Shown here in pieces: positions 53,381 through 63,752 of a stretch of 64,000 nucleotides of DNA (its first letter is position 1; every line of letters starts with the position of its first letter). The notes under the pieces are model-generated. The model had not been told where the DNA came from, did no database searches, and saw only the letters and a program-made list of their open reading frames with translations. Made by a program: the position numbers and the translations under genes. Origin of the DNA: Pseudomonadota bacterium (GTDB lineage: Bacteria; Pseudomonadota; Gammaproteobacteria; Burkholderiales; Burkholderiaceae_D); NCBI GenBank assembly GCA_041173845.1, contig JBEDHZ010000001.1:425-64424 (forward strand), in the 5' to 3' direction.

Positions 53381-53444
53381 AAATTAGGGTCGGATAGTTA
53401 TTTTTTAGGCGCACCAGCGCGGGGAAAATAAAATAGGGTCAGAT
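53381..53444. promoter_or_regulatory. Two direct-repeat AAAT(T)AGGGTCRGAT motifs flanking an imperfect palindrome upstream of gltB
   Basis: AAATTAGGGTCGGAT (53381-53395) and AAATAGGGTCAGAT (53431-53444), with TTATTTT..GCGC-acca-GCGC..AAAATAA between them. Confidence 0.55.
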
Positions 53445-53560
53445 TAAATTTGGTGAGGGTTTTGGCCTGAATTGATGCCAGCACAGTCATCGCTTGTGGA
53501 TTTTGGCTAGCCTTGGCCCTGCTTGAAAACATTACCCATCCCGTAAAATGCGAACGCTGA

Positions 53561-54265
53561 CTAGGAATTCTCAGCAATCGGCTGTTTACGAGGGCGACCG
53601 CGCCGCGCCGGCTCTAATCGACGATCAGTTAATTTACCCAGCCGCCGGCGAAATTCTTCCGAACCCAAAGGCCATGCCTTGCGAGTTGCAGCCTCAATTT
53701 CGGCCATTAGCTCAGATGAGCCTGACGCTTTAGCCAGCTGTTGGTAGGCAGCCTCGCGTTCAAAAGGCGTATTTCCCAGCGCCCAATAGGCAGGATGATC
53801 AGCAAGCCACACTTCCCGCCGCGCCCCAGAATGATGCGCATAACTAGACCAAGCATAGGACAGAGGGTCGGAAACTACTCCTGCAGCCACTGGCTGTTGC
53901 TCAATAAGCTGGGCACACGCCAAAAAGTAAGTATCGGCCTCCATCACGGTAGCGCGGAAGCGGCCTTCCCACAAATTACCGCTACGACCGTGACGCGCAT
54001 TGAAATACGGAACGTAATGGCGCCCTATGGCCTGCATGAGCTTTCCCAGACCTTCAGCATCGGTAGGAGTCGCCATCAATTGAACACGACTAGCCATCAA
54101 CACATAGGCATGAATAGCGACGCCCGATCTCTGCGCAGAATCGCGCAGAGAGGAAAGAAAGTATTGGCAGTCAGCGTCGTCTAAAACGATGGATTGATCG
54201 TTATTGCCGCGGGCGACGATGTGGTGAAGATGGTTGGGCACTACCAGTCTGGGCAGGCGGGCCAT
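53561..54265 (-). CDS. RAYT/Y1_Tnp (IS200-like) transposase homologue with degenerate catalytic residues and C-terminal AT-hook-like RGRPRK
   Basis: RAYT scaffold MARLPRL, HI..RGNN, HAYVLM, Y.P.FN.R..RSG.LWEGRF, Y.WSSY..H; the HUH position reads R60-V61-Q62, and the catalytic YI..NP position reads L120-I-E-Q-Q124-P. Confidence 0.88.
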   Translation of the reverse strand: MARLPRLVVPNHLHHIVARGNNDQSIVLDDADCQYFLSSLRDSAQRSGVAIHAYVLMASRVQLMATPTDAEGLGKLMQAIGRHYVPYFNARHGRSGNLWEGRFRATVMEADTYFLACAQLIEQQPVAAGVVSDPLSYAWSSYAHHSGARREVWLADHPAYWALGNTPFEREAAYQQLAKASGSSELMAEIEAATRKAWPLGSEEFRRRLGKLTDRRLEPARRGRPRKQPIAENS

Positions 54266-54328
54266 AAAATTTCAACTGATACTAGTTAGCACTATGGACA
54301 ACGTCTGCAGATCCTAGCGCGCAAAAGT

Positions 54329-54802
54329 TTAGAAAGGAAGAACGTCATCCATATCGCTCATGCTCGGTGCCTGCTTGGCGGGAGCGCGCGCGCCGGCTGA
54401 TGCAGCCTTCGCCGGGGCCGAACCATAACCCCCATCATCCATTGATGCACTGCCACCACCCATACCTTGACGACTACCTAGCATTTGCATGGTATCTGCA
54501 ATAATTTCTGTGGAATATTTTTCGATACCGTCTTTGTCGGTCCACTTACGCGTACGCAGTTTGCCCTCGACGTAGACCTGAGAGCCTTTTTTCAAGTACT
54601 GCCCAGCGATTTCAGCCAATTTGCCAAAAAACGCTATGCGATGCCATTCGGTCGCTTCTTTCTGCTCGCCTGAGGCTTTGTCTTTCCACTTATCCGTGGT
54701 TGCTACAGCAATGTTTGTCATTGCATCGCCACTAGGCATATAGCGCGTCTCAGGATCACGACCTAAATTGCCAACGATGATGACTTTATTGACCGACGCC
54801 AT
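54329..54802 (-). CDS. ssb: Single-stranded DNA-binding protein
   Basis: [38 protein letters not shown], acidic tail ending in PF. Confidence 0.98.
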   Translation of the reverse strand: MASVNKVIIVGNLGRDPETRYMPSGDAMTNIAVATTDKWKDKASGEQKEATEWHRIAFFGKLAEIAGQYLKKGSQVYVEGKLRTRKWTDKDGIEKYSTEIIADTMQMLGSRQGMGGGSASMDDGGYGSAPAKAASAGARAPAKQAPSMSDMDDVLPF

Positions 54803-55227
54803 AGCTTTCTCCTGTGATTGCGTTGATTTCAGCGAGAGGGGGAAACAGATAATCAGTGAGTGCTTGTCTGATGCTTAATACACATCATGCAAACCTCGTA
54901 GAGAGACGCATTATAAGGCACGCGACTAAAACAACGCGGCAGCTTAAGCGCAATTAGTCAGTCAAAAGCGAATTCAGCCACACGCAGCACAATGAAAACA
55001 TTGTCGAAATGCCGAATATCGAAACGCTTACACAAAACCTGAACACATTCACGCAGCCACTCTTGGCAAATGAAATAAACGCCCCACACCCAGCATAAAT
55101 AGCAAGCGGCATGGAACTAGAAGCGAACCGTGAAAACCCGTTATAGTAGCAGGCTGACTCGCATTCATTTGTCAAAAAATTTGGCAAAAAGACATTCACG
55201 CGAGAGTAAATCGATCTGGACATCCGC

Positions 55228-58098
55228 ATGGAAGAAATTCGTATTCGTGGTGCACGCACTCACAACCTGAAAAACATCAGTCTTGATCTGCCACGTAACA
55301 AACTCATCGTTATCACCGGTTTATCCGGCTCGGGAAAATCGTCACTCGCGTTCGACACGCTGTATGCCGAAGGCCAGCGTCGCTACGTAGAATCGTTGTC
55401 GGCATACGCACGTCAATTTCTTCAGCTAATGGAAAAACCCGACGTCGACATGATCGAAGGTTTATCGCCTGCCATTTCGATAGAACAAAAAGCGACTTCG
55501 CATAACCCACGCTCTACAGTGGGCACAGTCACCGAAATTCATGATTACCTGCGCTTGTTATTTGCGCGCGTAGGCACACCCTATTGTCCGGACCATCCAG
55601 AAAATCCGCTCGCTGCGCAATCGGTTTCGCAAATGGTAGATACGGCCATGGCTATGCCGGAAGACACCAAGCTGATGATTATGGCCCCCGTGGTGGCTAA
55701 CCGCAAAGGTGAGCACAGCGATTTATTTCAAGCGATGCAAGCGCAAGGCTTCGTTCGCTTTCGTATACAAAGCGGCACCTTAGCGGCGAAAATCTATGAA
55801 GTTGATGATCTGCCTAAACTCAAAAAAACAGAAAAGCACACGATTGATGTCGTCATTGATCGCGTAAAAGTTCGCAGCGATATCAAACAACGTCTAGCAG
55901 AGAGTTTTGAAACAGCTTTACGTATAGCTGAAGGACGCGCCATCGCACTGGAGATGGACACAGGTCATGAGCATATTTTTTCGAATAAGTTTGCGTGCCC
56001 CGTTTGCGGCTATTCACTACAAGAACTCGAGCCGCGACTATTTTCATTCAATAACCCGATGGGTGCGTGCCCAGAATGTGATGGACTGGGACATATAGAA
56101 TTTTTTGATCCAAAACGCATCGTCGCGTTTCCCAATCTTTCACTCGCTTCAGGTGCAGTCAAGGGATGGGATAGACGCAATCAGTTTTATTTTCAAATGC
56201 TGTCATCATTAGCCAAGCATTATGAATTTGATCTTGATCTGCCCTTCGAACAGTTGCCGGAAAAAGCGCAACAAGCTGTTCTATTTGGCTCCGGCAAAGA
56301 AAAAATTCCCTTCGCTTATGTTAACGAGCGCGGCCGCACCGTCATCAAAGAACACACTTTTGAAGGCGTCGTCCCCAATCTGCAACGCCGCTATCACGAA
56401 ACTGATTCGATGGCGGTCAAAGAAGAATTGGCGAAATTCATCAATGAAAAAGAATGTCCGGAATGTCATGGTGCACGCTTACGAGTTGAAGCGCGCTTTG
56501 TCAAAGTGGGCGAAGGCTCGCAGCAACGTGCCATATTTCAGGTGGCCGAAATGCCACTGCGCGATACATTAGATTTTTTTGAGAAATTGAAATTGCGCGG
56601 CGCAAAAAAAGAAATCGCCGACAGAATCATCAAAGAAATTATCTCGCGCCTTAAATTTCTTAACAATGTCGGACTAGATTATTTATCACTGCACCGCAGT
56701 GCTGACACCTTATCTGGTGGAGAAGCTCAACGTATACGACTGGCGTCACAAATTGGTTCTGGTTTGACCGGCGTGATGTACGTTCTTGATGAACCCTCCA
56801 TCGGTTTGCACCAGCGCGACAATGATCGCCTCATCACTACTCTCAAACACTTACGCGATATTGGTAACACCGTACTCGTCGTTGAACATGATGAAGATGC
56901 TATTCGTAGCGCTGATTACATTGTCGACATGGGCATGGGTGCTGGCGTGCATGGTGGCGAGGTCGTTGCTCAGGGCGGTATTAGTGACATACTTAAAAAT
57001 AAAAAATCACTCACAGCTCAATACCTAAATGGCAATCTCGCTATTGAAGTCCCTCAGCAGCGCACGATTGCCGACAGTAAAAAACTGCTGGTAATCAACG
57101 GCGCCGAAGGTAACAACCTTAAGTCTGTGAATCTTGAAATACCTGTTGGTTTGCTGACGTGCGTAACCGGCGTATCGGGCTCAGGCAAATCAACGCTGAT
57201 TAACGATACGCTGCATCATGTGCTGGCGCGCCATTTGTATGGCTCACAAGCAGAACCTGCGCCGCACGAAAGCGTCACGGGCTTAGAGCATTTTGATAAA
57301 GTCATTTCAGTTGATCAGGCGCCTATTGGTCGAACACCTCGCTCGAATCCGGCGACTTACACGGGCCTTTTCACCCCTATCCGTGAATTATTTTCGACCG
57401 TTCCTCAAGCCAAAGAACGTGGCTACTCGGCTGGTCGCTTCTCGTTCAACGTCAAAGGTGGTCGCTGCGAAGCCTGTCAAGGTGATGGTGTCATCAAAGT
57501 TGAAATGCATTTTCTACCCGATGTGTATGTACCTTGCGACGTTTGTCACGGCAAACGGTATAACCGCGAGACCTTAGAAATTCAGTACAAGGGTAAAAAT
57601 ATTTCCGAAGTATTGGGCATGACCGTTGAGGATGCCCATGTATTTTTCAAGCCGGTTCCACTGATTGCTCGCAAACTACAAACCTTGCTTGATGTTGGTC
57701 TGGGCTACATACGTTTGGGTCAGAGTGCTACAACGCTTTCGGGTGGCGAAGCACAGCGCGTTAAGCTATCTCTGGAATTATCCAAACGCGATACCGGTCG
57801 CACGCTCTACATTCTTGATGAGCCCACCACTGGTTTACATTTTCACGACATTGCTCTGTTATTGAAAGTCATACATCGCTTGCGCGATCAAGGTAACACC
57901 TTAGTGACCATTGAGCACAATCTGGATGTCATCAAAACAGCCGATTGGATTGTCGATCTGGGTCCGGAAGGTGGCGCGGGCGGCGGTCAAATCATCGCCT
58001 CAGGAACACCCGAGCAAGTGGCTAAAAATCCCGCTAGCGTGACCGGTAAATATCTTGCGCCATTACTAGTGACCAAAAAAGAGAAAAAGCGCGCTTAA
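55228..58098 (+). CDS. uvrA: Excinuclease ABC subunit A
   Basis: [46 protein letters not shown], zinc-finger CxxC pairs. Confidence 0.98.
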   Translation: MEEIRIRGARTHNLKNISLDLPRNKLIVITGLSGSGKSSLAFDTLYAEGQRRYVESLSAYARQFLQLMEKPDVDMIEGLSPAISIEQKATSHNPRSTVGTVTEIHDYLRLLFARVGTPYCPDHPENPLAAQSVSQMVDTAMAMPEDTKLMIMAPVVANRKGEHSDLFQAMQAQGFVRFRIQSGTLAAKIYEVDDLPKLKKTEKHTIDVVIDRVKVRSDIKQRLAESFETALRIAEGRAIALEMDTGHEHIFSNKFACPVCGYSLQELEPRLFSFNNPMGACPECDGLGHIEFFDPKRIVAFPNLSLASGAVKGWDRRNQFYFQMLSSLAKHYEFDLDLPFEQLPEKAQQAVLFGSGKEKIPFAYVNERGRTVIKEHTFEGVVPNLQRRYHETDSMAVKEELAKFINEKECPECHGARLRVEARFVKVGEGSQQRAIFQVAEMPLRDTLDFFEKLKLRGAKKEIADRIIKEIISRLKFLNNVGLDYLSLHRSADTLSGGEAQRIRLASQIGSGLTGVMYVLDEPSIGLHQRDNDRLITTLKHLRDIGNTVLVVEHDEDAIRSADYIVDMGMGAGVHGGEVVAQGGISDILKNKKSLTAQYLNGNLAIEVPQQRTIADSKKLLVINGAEGNNLKSVNLEIPVGLLTCVTGVSGSGKSTLINDTLHHVLARHLYGSQAEPAPHESVTGLEHFDKVISVDQAPIGRTPRSNPATYTGLFTPIRELFSTVPQAKERGYSAGRFSFNVKGGRCEACQGDGVIKVEMHFLPDVYVPCDVCHGKRYNRETLEIQYKGKNISEVLGMTVEDAHVFFKPVPLIARKLQTLLDVGLGYIRLGQSATTLSGGEAQRVKLSLELSKRDTGRTLYILDEPTTGLHFHDIALLLKVIHRLRDQGNTLVTIEHNLDVIKTADWIVDLGPEGGAGGGQIIASGTPEQVAKNPASVTGKYLAPLLVTKKEKKRA

Positions 58099-58120
58099 GC
58101 AGACGCACTGAACCTCACTC

Positions 58121-58160
58121 TGCACTGTCTTGAAGTCATTCAAGCAGTGCATTTATTTTT
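58121..58160 (+). terminator. Rho-independent terminator after uvrA
   Basis: TGCACTG-t-CTTGAA-gtca-TTCAAG-CAGTGCA followed by TTTATTTTT. Confidence 0.7.
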
Positions 58161-60141
58161 GCAGCAAACGTTTTTCTGAGCGCTCTAATGCTGCGGCAGC
58201 ACCACGTAAGACCACTACGTCGCCTGCCTCAAGAACTGTATCCGGAGCAAATGGGATGCGACTTTTGCCGCGTCGAACAGCGGTAATCTCCGCCCCCAGC
58301 GCTTCGATATTTAATGCCGACAGTGTTAAACCAATCGCTGAAGCCTTATCGTGCAAGGGCACAGAATGAAGTCGTACTTGCAGATGCTCGTCGTCGTCAG
58401 CCACATCTCCTAATCCATGAAAGTAGCCGCGTAAGGAAGCGTATCGTTCGCTACGAGCTGCTTGGACCCGCTGAATAACACGTCGTAACGGCACACCTTT
58501 AAGTAGTAACGCATGCGATGCGAGCATCAAGCTACCTTCTATCGCTTCAGGCACCACTTCATCAGCGCCGCCGGCTCTAAGCACATCCAGATCATCATCA
58601 CCCACACTACGCACAATGGCGGGAAGGTTGGGTGCAAGTTCATTCGCAAAATGCAGGGTCTTTAAAGCAGCTTGTGTATCGGCATATGTAATAACTAATG
58701 CAGCGGCGCGATGTATACCTGCAGCGATCAAACTTTCACGACGAGTAGCATCACCATAAGACACTTCAGCACCGGCATTTTGTGCTTCGATGACTCGCTC
58801 AGGATCAAGATCAAGTGCGTGATACGGAATGTTTTCTTCCTCGAGTAATTTCGCGAGACTTTGACCACTGCGACCAAAACCAGCAATGATCACTTGCCCT
58901 TCTTCTTTCATCGCTCGACTGGCAATGCGCGTGAGATTCAAGGATTGCTCCATCCATTCATTGGATGAGAGTTTCATCGCAATACGATCAAAATTGGCAA
59001 AAATAAATGGTGTAGCCAACATAGACAGCACCATGGCAGCCAAAATCAACTGCACTAACGCAGGATCGACCAAGCCTAGTCCACCCGCCTGATTTAACAA
59101 AACAAAACCAAACTCTCCGCCTTGCGCCAGACCCAAACCTGTACGTAATGCTACGCCGGGTTTGGCGCCGAATACCCTAGCGAGCAGCGCGATTAAACCA
59201 AACTTAAGAAACAAGGGTATGACTAACAAAAGAAGCACTAACAAGAAATGATCAACCACCAGCCTCAAGTCAAGCAACATGCCAACGCTGATGAAAAAAA
59301 GACCGAGCAGCACATCACGAAACGGCTTGATATCTTCTTCAACTTGAATCCGAAACTCAGTTTCAGAAATCAACATACCAGCGACAAATGCACCCAACGC
59401 AAGCGACAAGCCCGCCGTTTCAGTGATCCACGCCGCGCCCAATGTAACTAGCAACAGATTGAGCATGAATAGTTCGTGCGAACGACGCTGAACGACTACT
59501 TGAAACCATCGCCGCAATAAAATTTGGCCAAGAAACAGCAGTAGGAACAATACGAAACAGGCTTTGATACCCGCGATGACGAGATCTTCAACTAGATCAG
59601 GGCCGGGATGAGCCAGCGAAGGCAGCACGATGATGAGAGGTACTACGGCCAAATCCTGAAACAGCAAGATGCTGGTTATTCGGCGACCATGCTCACTTTC
59701 CAGCTCTAGCTTTTCGGTTAGCAGCTTCAGTACGATGGCGGTGGACGACATAGATAGTGCAGCACCTAGCGCAAAAGAAGCGCCCCAGCTAATTCCCATT
59801 ACTGATGGCAGCAGCTTGGCCATCAAGCTTGAGCATAAAACCGTCACAACGATCGTCAAAACGACCTGCGCCATCCCTAGGCCAAAAACGTTTCGCCGCA
59901 TTGACTTCAGTTTGGGCAGCGAGAATTCAAGCCCAATGGAAAACATCAGAAAAACGATGCCGAACTCCGCCAGCATATGGGTGGCATTACTATTAGCAGC
60001 GAGCGCCAGCGCATGCGGGCCAATCAGAATGCCGACCGTGAGATAGCCCAGCATAGGCGGCAGATTCATCATTCGGAATGCCACCACGCCCAAAACAGCG
60101 GCGACCAGCAAGATGAGCGTCAGTTCCAGCGGTGAATTCAT
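58153..60141 (-). CDS. CPA2-family monovalent cation:proton antiporter with TrkA-N and TrkA-C domains (Kef-like)
   Basis: LAEFG.VFLMFSIGLEFS, SSTAIV, LLFQDL, LGAFVAG, D..PF, GFGRSGQ Rossmann motif, C-terminal RCK_C. Confidence 0.93.
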   Translation of the reverse strand: MNSPLELTLILLVAAVLGVVAFRMMNLPPMLGYLTVGILIGPHALALAANSNATHMLAEFGIVFLMFSIGLEFSLPKLKSMRRNVFGLGMAQVVLTIVVTVLCSSLMAKLLPSVMGISWGASFALGAALSMSSTAIVLKLLTEKLELESEHGRRITSILLFQDLAVVPLIIVLPSLAHPGPDLVEDLVIAGIKACFVLFLLLFLGQILLRRWFQVVVQRRSHELFMLNLLLVTLGAAWITETAGLSLALGAFVAGMLISETEFRIQVEEDIKPFRDVLLGLFFISVGMLLDLRLVVDHFLLVLLLLVIPLFLKFGLIALLARVFGAKPGVALRTGLGLAQGGEFGFVLLNQAGGLGLVDPALVQLILAAMVLSMLATPFIFANFDRIAMKLSSNEWMEQSLNLTRIASRAMKEEGQVIIAGFGRSGQSLAKLLEEENIPYHALDLDPERVIEAQNAGAEVSYGDATRRESLIAAGIHRAAALVITYADTQAALKTLHFANELAPNLPAIVRSVGDDDLDVLRAGGADEVVPEAIEGSLMLASHALLLKGVPLRRVIQRVQAARSERYASLRGYFHGLGDVADDDEHLQVRLHSVPLHDKASAIGLTLSALNIEALGAEITAVRRGKSRIPFAPDTVLEAGDVVVLRGAAAALERSEKRLLQK

Positions 60142-60259
60142 GGGCCAATTTAATAGTTAAAGGGCTTCGCAACTAGCTGACGTCGAGAATTACTCTGTGT
60201 GGCAGGATCTTTTACCACTGGCAGGTTTTTTGCTTTAAATCTTGGGCTATACTCTACGC

Positions 60260-61288
60260 ATGAGTGTAACCCATGAAAAAAGGTTCTCGCAGCAATTTGA
60301 CAACAGCGTTGCTAGTCGCGCGCTGGAGTTGGCACGCGACACACTTCAAATTGAGGCCGACGCCATACTGGCATTGAAGGCGCGTCTCTCAGCTGATACC
60401 CATCACGACTTTGCGCGCGCGACTGCTTTACTGCTCAGCTGTAGTGGCCGCGTCGTTGTTTCCGGAATGGGAAAGTCGGGCCACATCGCTAGAAAAATTG
60501 CTGCCACCTTAGCCTCCACTGGCACGCCTGCCATGTTCGTCCATCCAGGCGAAGCAGCGCATGGAGATCTGGGCATGGTTACCAAAGCCGATGCAATGAT
60601 CGCGATTTCTTATTCAGGTGAGTCGGACGAATTACTCGCTATCACCCCCGTTATCAAACGTCTGGGTGCAAAACTTATTTCCATGACGGGCAATCCAGAT
60701 TCATCCCTCGCCCGACTAGCTGATGTACACCTAAACATCGCCGTAGAAAAAGAAGCCTGCCCACTTAATTTGGCACCCACAGCAAGTACCACCGTAACGC
60801 TTGCACTCGGCGATGCCTTAGCGGTGGCGATGCTCGATGCACGCGGATTTCGCGAAGAAGATTTTGCGCGCTCACACCCCGGCGGCTCGCTAGGACGCAA
60901 ATTACTCACGCATGTGCGCGACGTCATGCGTACCGACCACTTGATTCCCGCGGTTAAACCCGATGTGATGCTGCCCGAAGCACTACTTGAAGTCACACGC
61001 AAGGGCATGGCCATGACGGCGATCGTGAACGATGATTTCCATGTACTTGGCATATTTACCGATGGCGATCTACGTCGACTCATCGAGCAAGGTAGAGATT
61101 TTTCAAAAACGCTGATTCGCGATGTGATGCACACAAAACCACGTGTATTAGGCCCCGAACAGCTCGCGGTCGATGCCGTCGAGCTGATGGAGCAACACCG
61201 CATCAATCAAGTACTGGTGTGTGAGCCGAATGGAAAACTCGTCGGCGCCCTGCATATTCATGATCTCACCCGCGCCAAGGTGATCTGA
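60260..61288 (+). CDS. kdsD: Arabinose-5-phosphate isomerase (KpsF/GutQ family)
   Basis: GMGKSGHI..KIAATLASTGTP, EA.HGDLG, EACP.NLAPT.ST, HPGGSLG, two CBS domains. Start trimmed to ATG 60260. Confidence 0.96.
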   Translation: MSVTHEKRFSQQFDNSVASRALELARDTLQIEADAILALKARLSADTHHDFARATALLLSCSGRVVVSGMGKSGHIARKIAATLASTGTPAMFVHPGEAAHGDLGMVTKADAMIAISYSGESDELLAITPVIKRLGAKLISMTGNPDSSLARLADVHLNIAVEKEACPLNLAPTASTTVTLALGDALAVAMLDARGFREEDFARSHPGGSLGRKLLTHVRDVMRTDHLIPAVKPDVMLPEALLEVTRKGMAMTAIVNDDFHVLGIFTDGDLRRLIEQGRDFSKTLIRDVMHTKPRVLGPEQLAVDAVELMEQHRINQVLVCEPNGKLVGALHIHDLTRAKVI

Positions 61289-61290
61289 CG

Positions 61291-61824
61291 ATGATTTCAG
61301 ATTTAACGTCTACCGATCGGGCAAAGCGACTCAAACTGATGATCTTTGATGTTGATGGCGTACTGACCGATGGCGGTTTGCGCTATGGCCCCGAAGGAGA
61401 GTTGATTAAAACCTTCAACGCTCTCGATGGACATGGCATCAAGCTACTGCAAAAATCTGGTGTACGCACTGCGATCATCAGCGCTCGACAATCTACTATC
61501 GTTGCACGCCGCGCTACCGATCTTGGGATCAGTATTCTGCTGCAAGGAATCGAAGATAAACGCTCAGCATTTGAAAAAATTATCACCGACCTAAAACTCA
61601 CACCGGAAGAATGCGGTTTCATGGGCGATGACGTGATTGATCTACCAGTAATGACACGCGTAGGATTTGCTATCAGCGTACCGAATGGACATACAGAAGT
61701 TAGGAGTCGTGCGCATTATGTAGCTCAGGCCCATGGCGGCAAAGGAGCTGTGCGCGAAGTGTGTGATTTTATTTTGCACGCACAAGGCAATTACAACTCG
61801 GCGCTCGCGCCTTATCTGTCATGA
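61291..61824 (+). CDS. kdsC: KDO-8-phosphate phosphatase
   Basis: FDVDGVLTDG, F...DG.GI, GDD..DLP, G.GAVRE. Confidence 0.96.
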   Translation: MISDLTSTDRAKRLKLMIFDVDGVLTDGGLRYGPEGELIKTFNALDGHGIKLLQKSGVRTAIISARQSTIVARRATDLGISILLQGIEDKRSAFEKIITDLKLTPEECGFMGDDVIDLPVMTRVGFAISVPNGHTEVRSRAHYVAQAHGGKGAVREVCDFILHAQGNYNSALAPYLS

Positions 61825-62408
61825 GCGGAGATTTGCGCCGACGTTATCCGGCACTACTGCTGCTAGTTGCCGGATCTTTGCTAGCAGCACTTAGCTTTTG
61901 GGCATTAGAAATTGCACGTCGTTCCGCTGACGATACGCGCGAACCTACCGTTCGCACTGAACCCGATTACTTTATTGAAGATTTTACCTACACACGCATG
62001 TCTGTCAGCGGTAAGGCGCAATACGTTATCAGTGGTAAAAAATTAATCCACTACCCAGTGGATGACAGCAGCTCTATCGAACAACCATCTGTACGTAGCT
62101 ATTCGAGTTTGCGCGACCCAATGACACTACGCTCACGGACTGCAAAAATCACTGCAGACCAAAAAGAATTACATTTTTACGATGACGTCATTCTTGAGCG
62201 ACCACAGACCCGCGGCACAGATTCTTTACGAGTCGATTCAGATTACATGCTGGCCTTACCCAATCAAGACATTGTAAAAACTGACAAAAAAGTGGTGATT
62301 CAGTTGGGCACCTCCCGCATGGAAGGAACTGGCATGATTGCGGACAACGGCAAACACCAGCTCCACTTACAAAGCCAAGTCAGCGGACATTACGAACCAT
62401 CGCATTAA
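61821..62408 (+). CDS. lptC: LPS export protein LptC
   Basis: N-terminal TM helix, PDYF, H.P.D, beta-jellyroll-like remainder; usual position in the operon. Confidence 0.88.
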   Translation: MSGDLRRRYPALLLLVAGSLLAALSFWALEIARRSADDTREPTVRTEPDYFIEDFTYTRMSVSGKAQYVISGKKLIHYPVDDSSSIEQPSVRSYSSLRDPMTLRSRTAKITADQKELHFYDDVILERPQTRGTDSLRVDSDYMLALPNQDIVKTDKKVVIQLGTSRMEGTGMIADNGKHQLHLQSQVSGHYEPSH

Positions 62409-62425
62409 TAAGGGATGCGCTATTT

Positions 62426-63001
62426 ATGAAAAATTCCATCGCGATTTTAGTTAAAACGAGCTCATTATTTTTTTGTCTCGCCATGCTGAGTGCAGCACAT
62501 GCTGAAAAGGCAGATCTGAACAAGCCGACGAATGTCGAAGCGAATCAGATGTTCTATGACGAATCCAAACAAACTAATACCTTTATCGGTAATGTCGTGC
62601 TAACTCGTGGCAGTTTAGTCATGCATGCAGATAAGCTTCTGGTACGCCAAGATCAAGCAGGACATCAGTTTGCGACTTTATACGCACCACCTGGCGGCAC
62701 GACTCGGTTTCGACAAAAGCGTGATGGCGGCAAAGATTTATGGATTGAAGGTAATGCATCCGATCGTATTGAGTACGACACCAAAACTGAAATTGCCAAG
62801 CTATTCAAACAAGCTCGCGTAAAGATGCTGGATGGCTCAAAAATTACTGACGAAGTTGAAGGTGAATTTATTTCGTACGACAGCCGTGCTGAGTTCTACT
62901 CAGTCAGCAATTCTGTTTCGGGTGAAAGTAAACCTGGGAGTGGTCGAGTAAAAGCTGTCATTCAGCCACGCGGCTCGGATAAAGGTAACGATGAAAAGTA
63001 G
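62426..63001 (+). CDS. lptA: LPS export periplasmic protein LptA
   Basis: [32 protein letters not shown]. Confidence 0.93.
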   Translation: MKNSIAILVKTSSLFFCLAMLSAAHAEKADLNKPTNVEANQMFYDESKQTNTFIGNVVLTRGSLVMHADKLLVRQDQAGHQFATLYAPPGGTTRFRQKRDGGKDLWIEGNASDRIEYDTKTEIAKLFKQARVKMLDGSKITDEVEGEFISYDSRAEFYSVSNSVSGESKPGSGRVKAVIQPRGSDKGNDEK

Positions 63002-63743
63002 TTTGCCCAGCATGCTGCGAGTACGCAGCCTCCAGAAAAGCTATGGCGCACGTCAGGTAGTGCATGACGTGTCTCTGGATGTCGCCAGTGGCGAAGTGGT
63101 GGGATTGCTCGGCCCAAACGGAGCTGGTAAAACAACCTCGTTTTATATGATCGTCGGTCTAGTTCCATCAGAAGGTGGAGAGATCACACTGGATGACCAG
63201 AGTATTTCAGGCTTACCCATTCATCGTCGCGCAGAACTGGGTTTGTCTTATCTTCCACAAGAAGCGTCGGTATTTCGCAAGCTCTCTGTAGAAGACAATA
63301 TTCGCGCCGTTCTGGAACTACAAAAAAAACAAGGTAAGCCATTACCTCGCGATGAAATCGAGCAGCGCCTCGATACCCTAATGGCAGACCTGCAAATTGA
63401 AAAGCTGCGAGGTAATCAAGCGTTATCGCTATCCGGCGGTGAGCGGCGGCGTGTAGAAATCGCTCGTGCTTTAGCAACTAGTCCACGCTTCATTTTGTTA
63501 GATGAACCTTTTGCGGGCGTCGATCCGATTGCAGTGATAGAAATTCAGCGCATTGTTCGCTTTCTTAAAGAGCGCGGTATCGGTGTCCTCATTACCGATC
63601 ACAGCGTGCGTGAAACGCTAGGTATTTGCGATCGCGCTTACATCATTAACCAAGGGGCCGTGCTGGCCTCGGGCAGTCCAGAAGAAATCATTGGTAATGA
63701 ATCCGTTCGCCGTGTTTATCTCGGCGAAAACTTCAGGATGTAA
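62991..63743 (+). CDS. lptB: LPS export ABC ATP-binding protein LptB
   Basis: [52 protein letters not shown]. Confidence 0.97.
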   Translation: MKSSLPSMLRVRSLQKSYGARQVVHDVSLDVASGEVVGLLGPNGAGKTTSFYMIVGLVPSEGGEITLDDQSISGLPIHRRAELGLSYLPQEASVFRKLSVEDNIRAVLELQKKQGKPLPRDEIEQRLDTLMADLQIEKLRGNQALSLSGGERRRVEIARALATSPRFILLDEPFAGVDPIAVIEIQRIVRFLKERGIGVLITDHSVRETLGICDRAYIINQGAVLASGSPEEIIGNESVRRVYLGENFRM

Positions 63744-63752
63744 TCGAGGACA

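Noticed and set aside
53477-53522. Possible third degenerate copy of the 124-bp repeat (GCCAGCACAG direct, CTTGGCCCTGC inverted)
   Set aside because: Only two 10-11-mers in opposite orientations with no colinear alignment, so a link between the repeat and the RAYT-like gene is not supported.
53561-54265. Active IS200/IS605 element or ordinary pseudogene
   Set aside because: The catalytic residues are absent and there is no tnpB or subterminal hairpin pair, so it is not active; the frame is intact, so it is not called a pseudogene.
4113-60259. N-terminal extensions in the ORF track (trpE, prmC, petA, nif3, hisF, bolA, yadG-like, gltB, kdsD)
   Set aside because: Downstream starts fit the family N-termini, SD positions or gene overlaps better; the extensions run through promoters, terminators or neighbouring genes.
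2599-63477. Many 60-200 aa ORFs overlapping recognised genes (e.g. 2599-2931, 5012-5461, 12946-13428, 17344-17793, 53741-54184, 60610-61206)
   Set aside because: They lie antisense or out of frame within conserved housekeeping genes and show no motifs.
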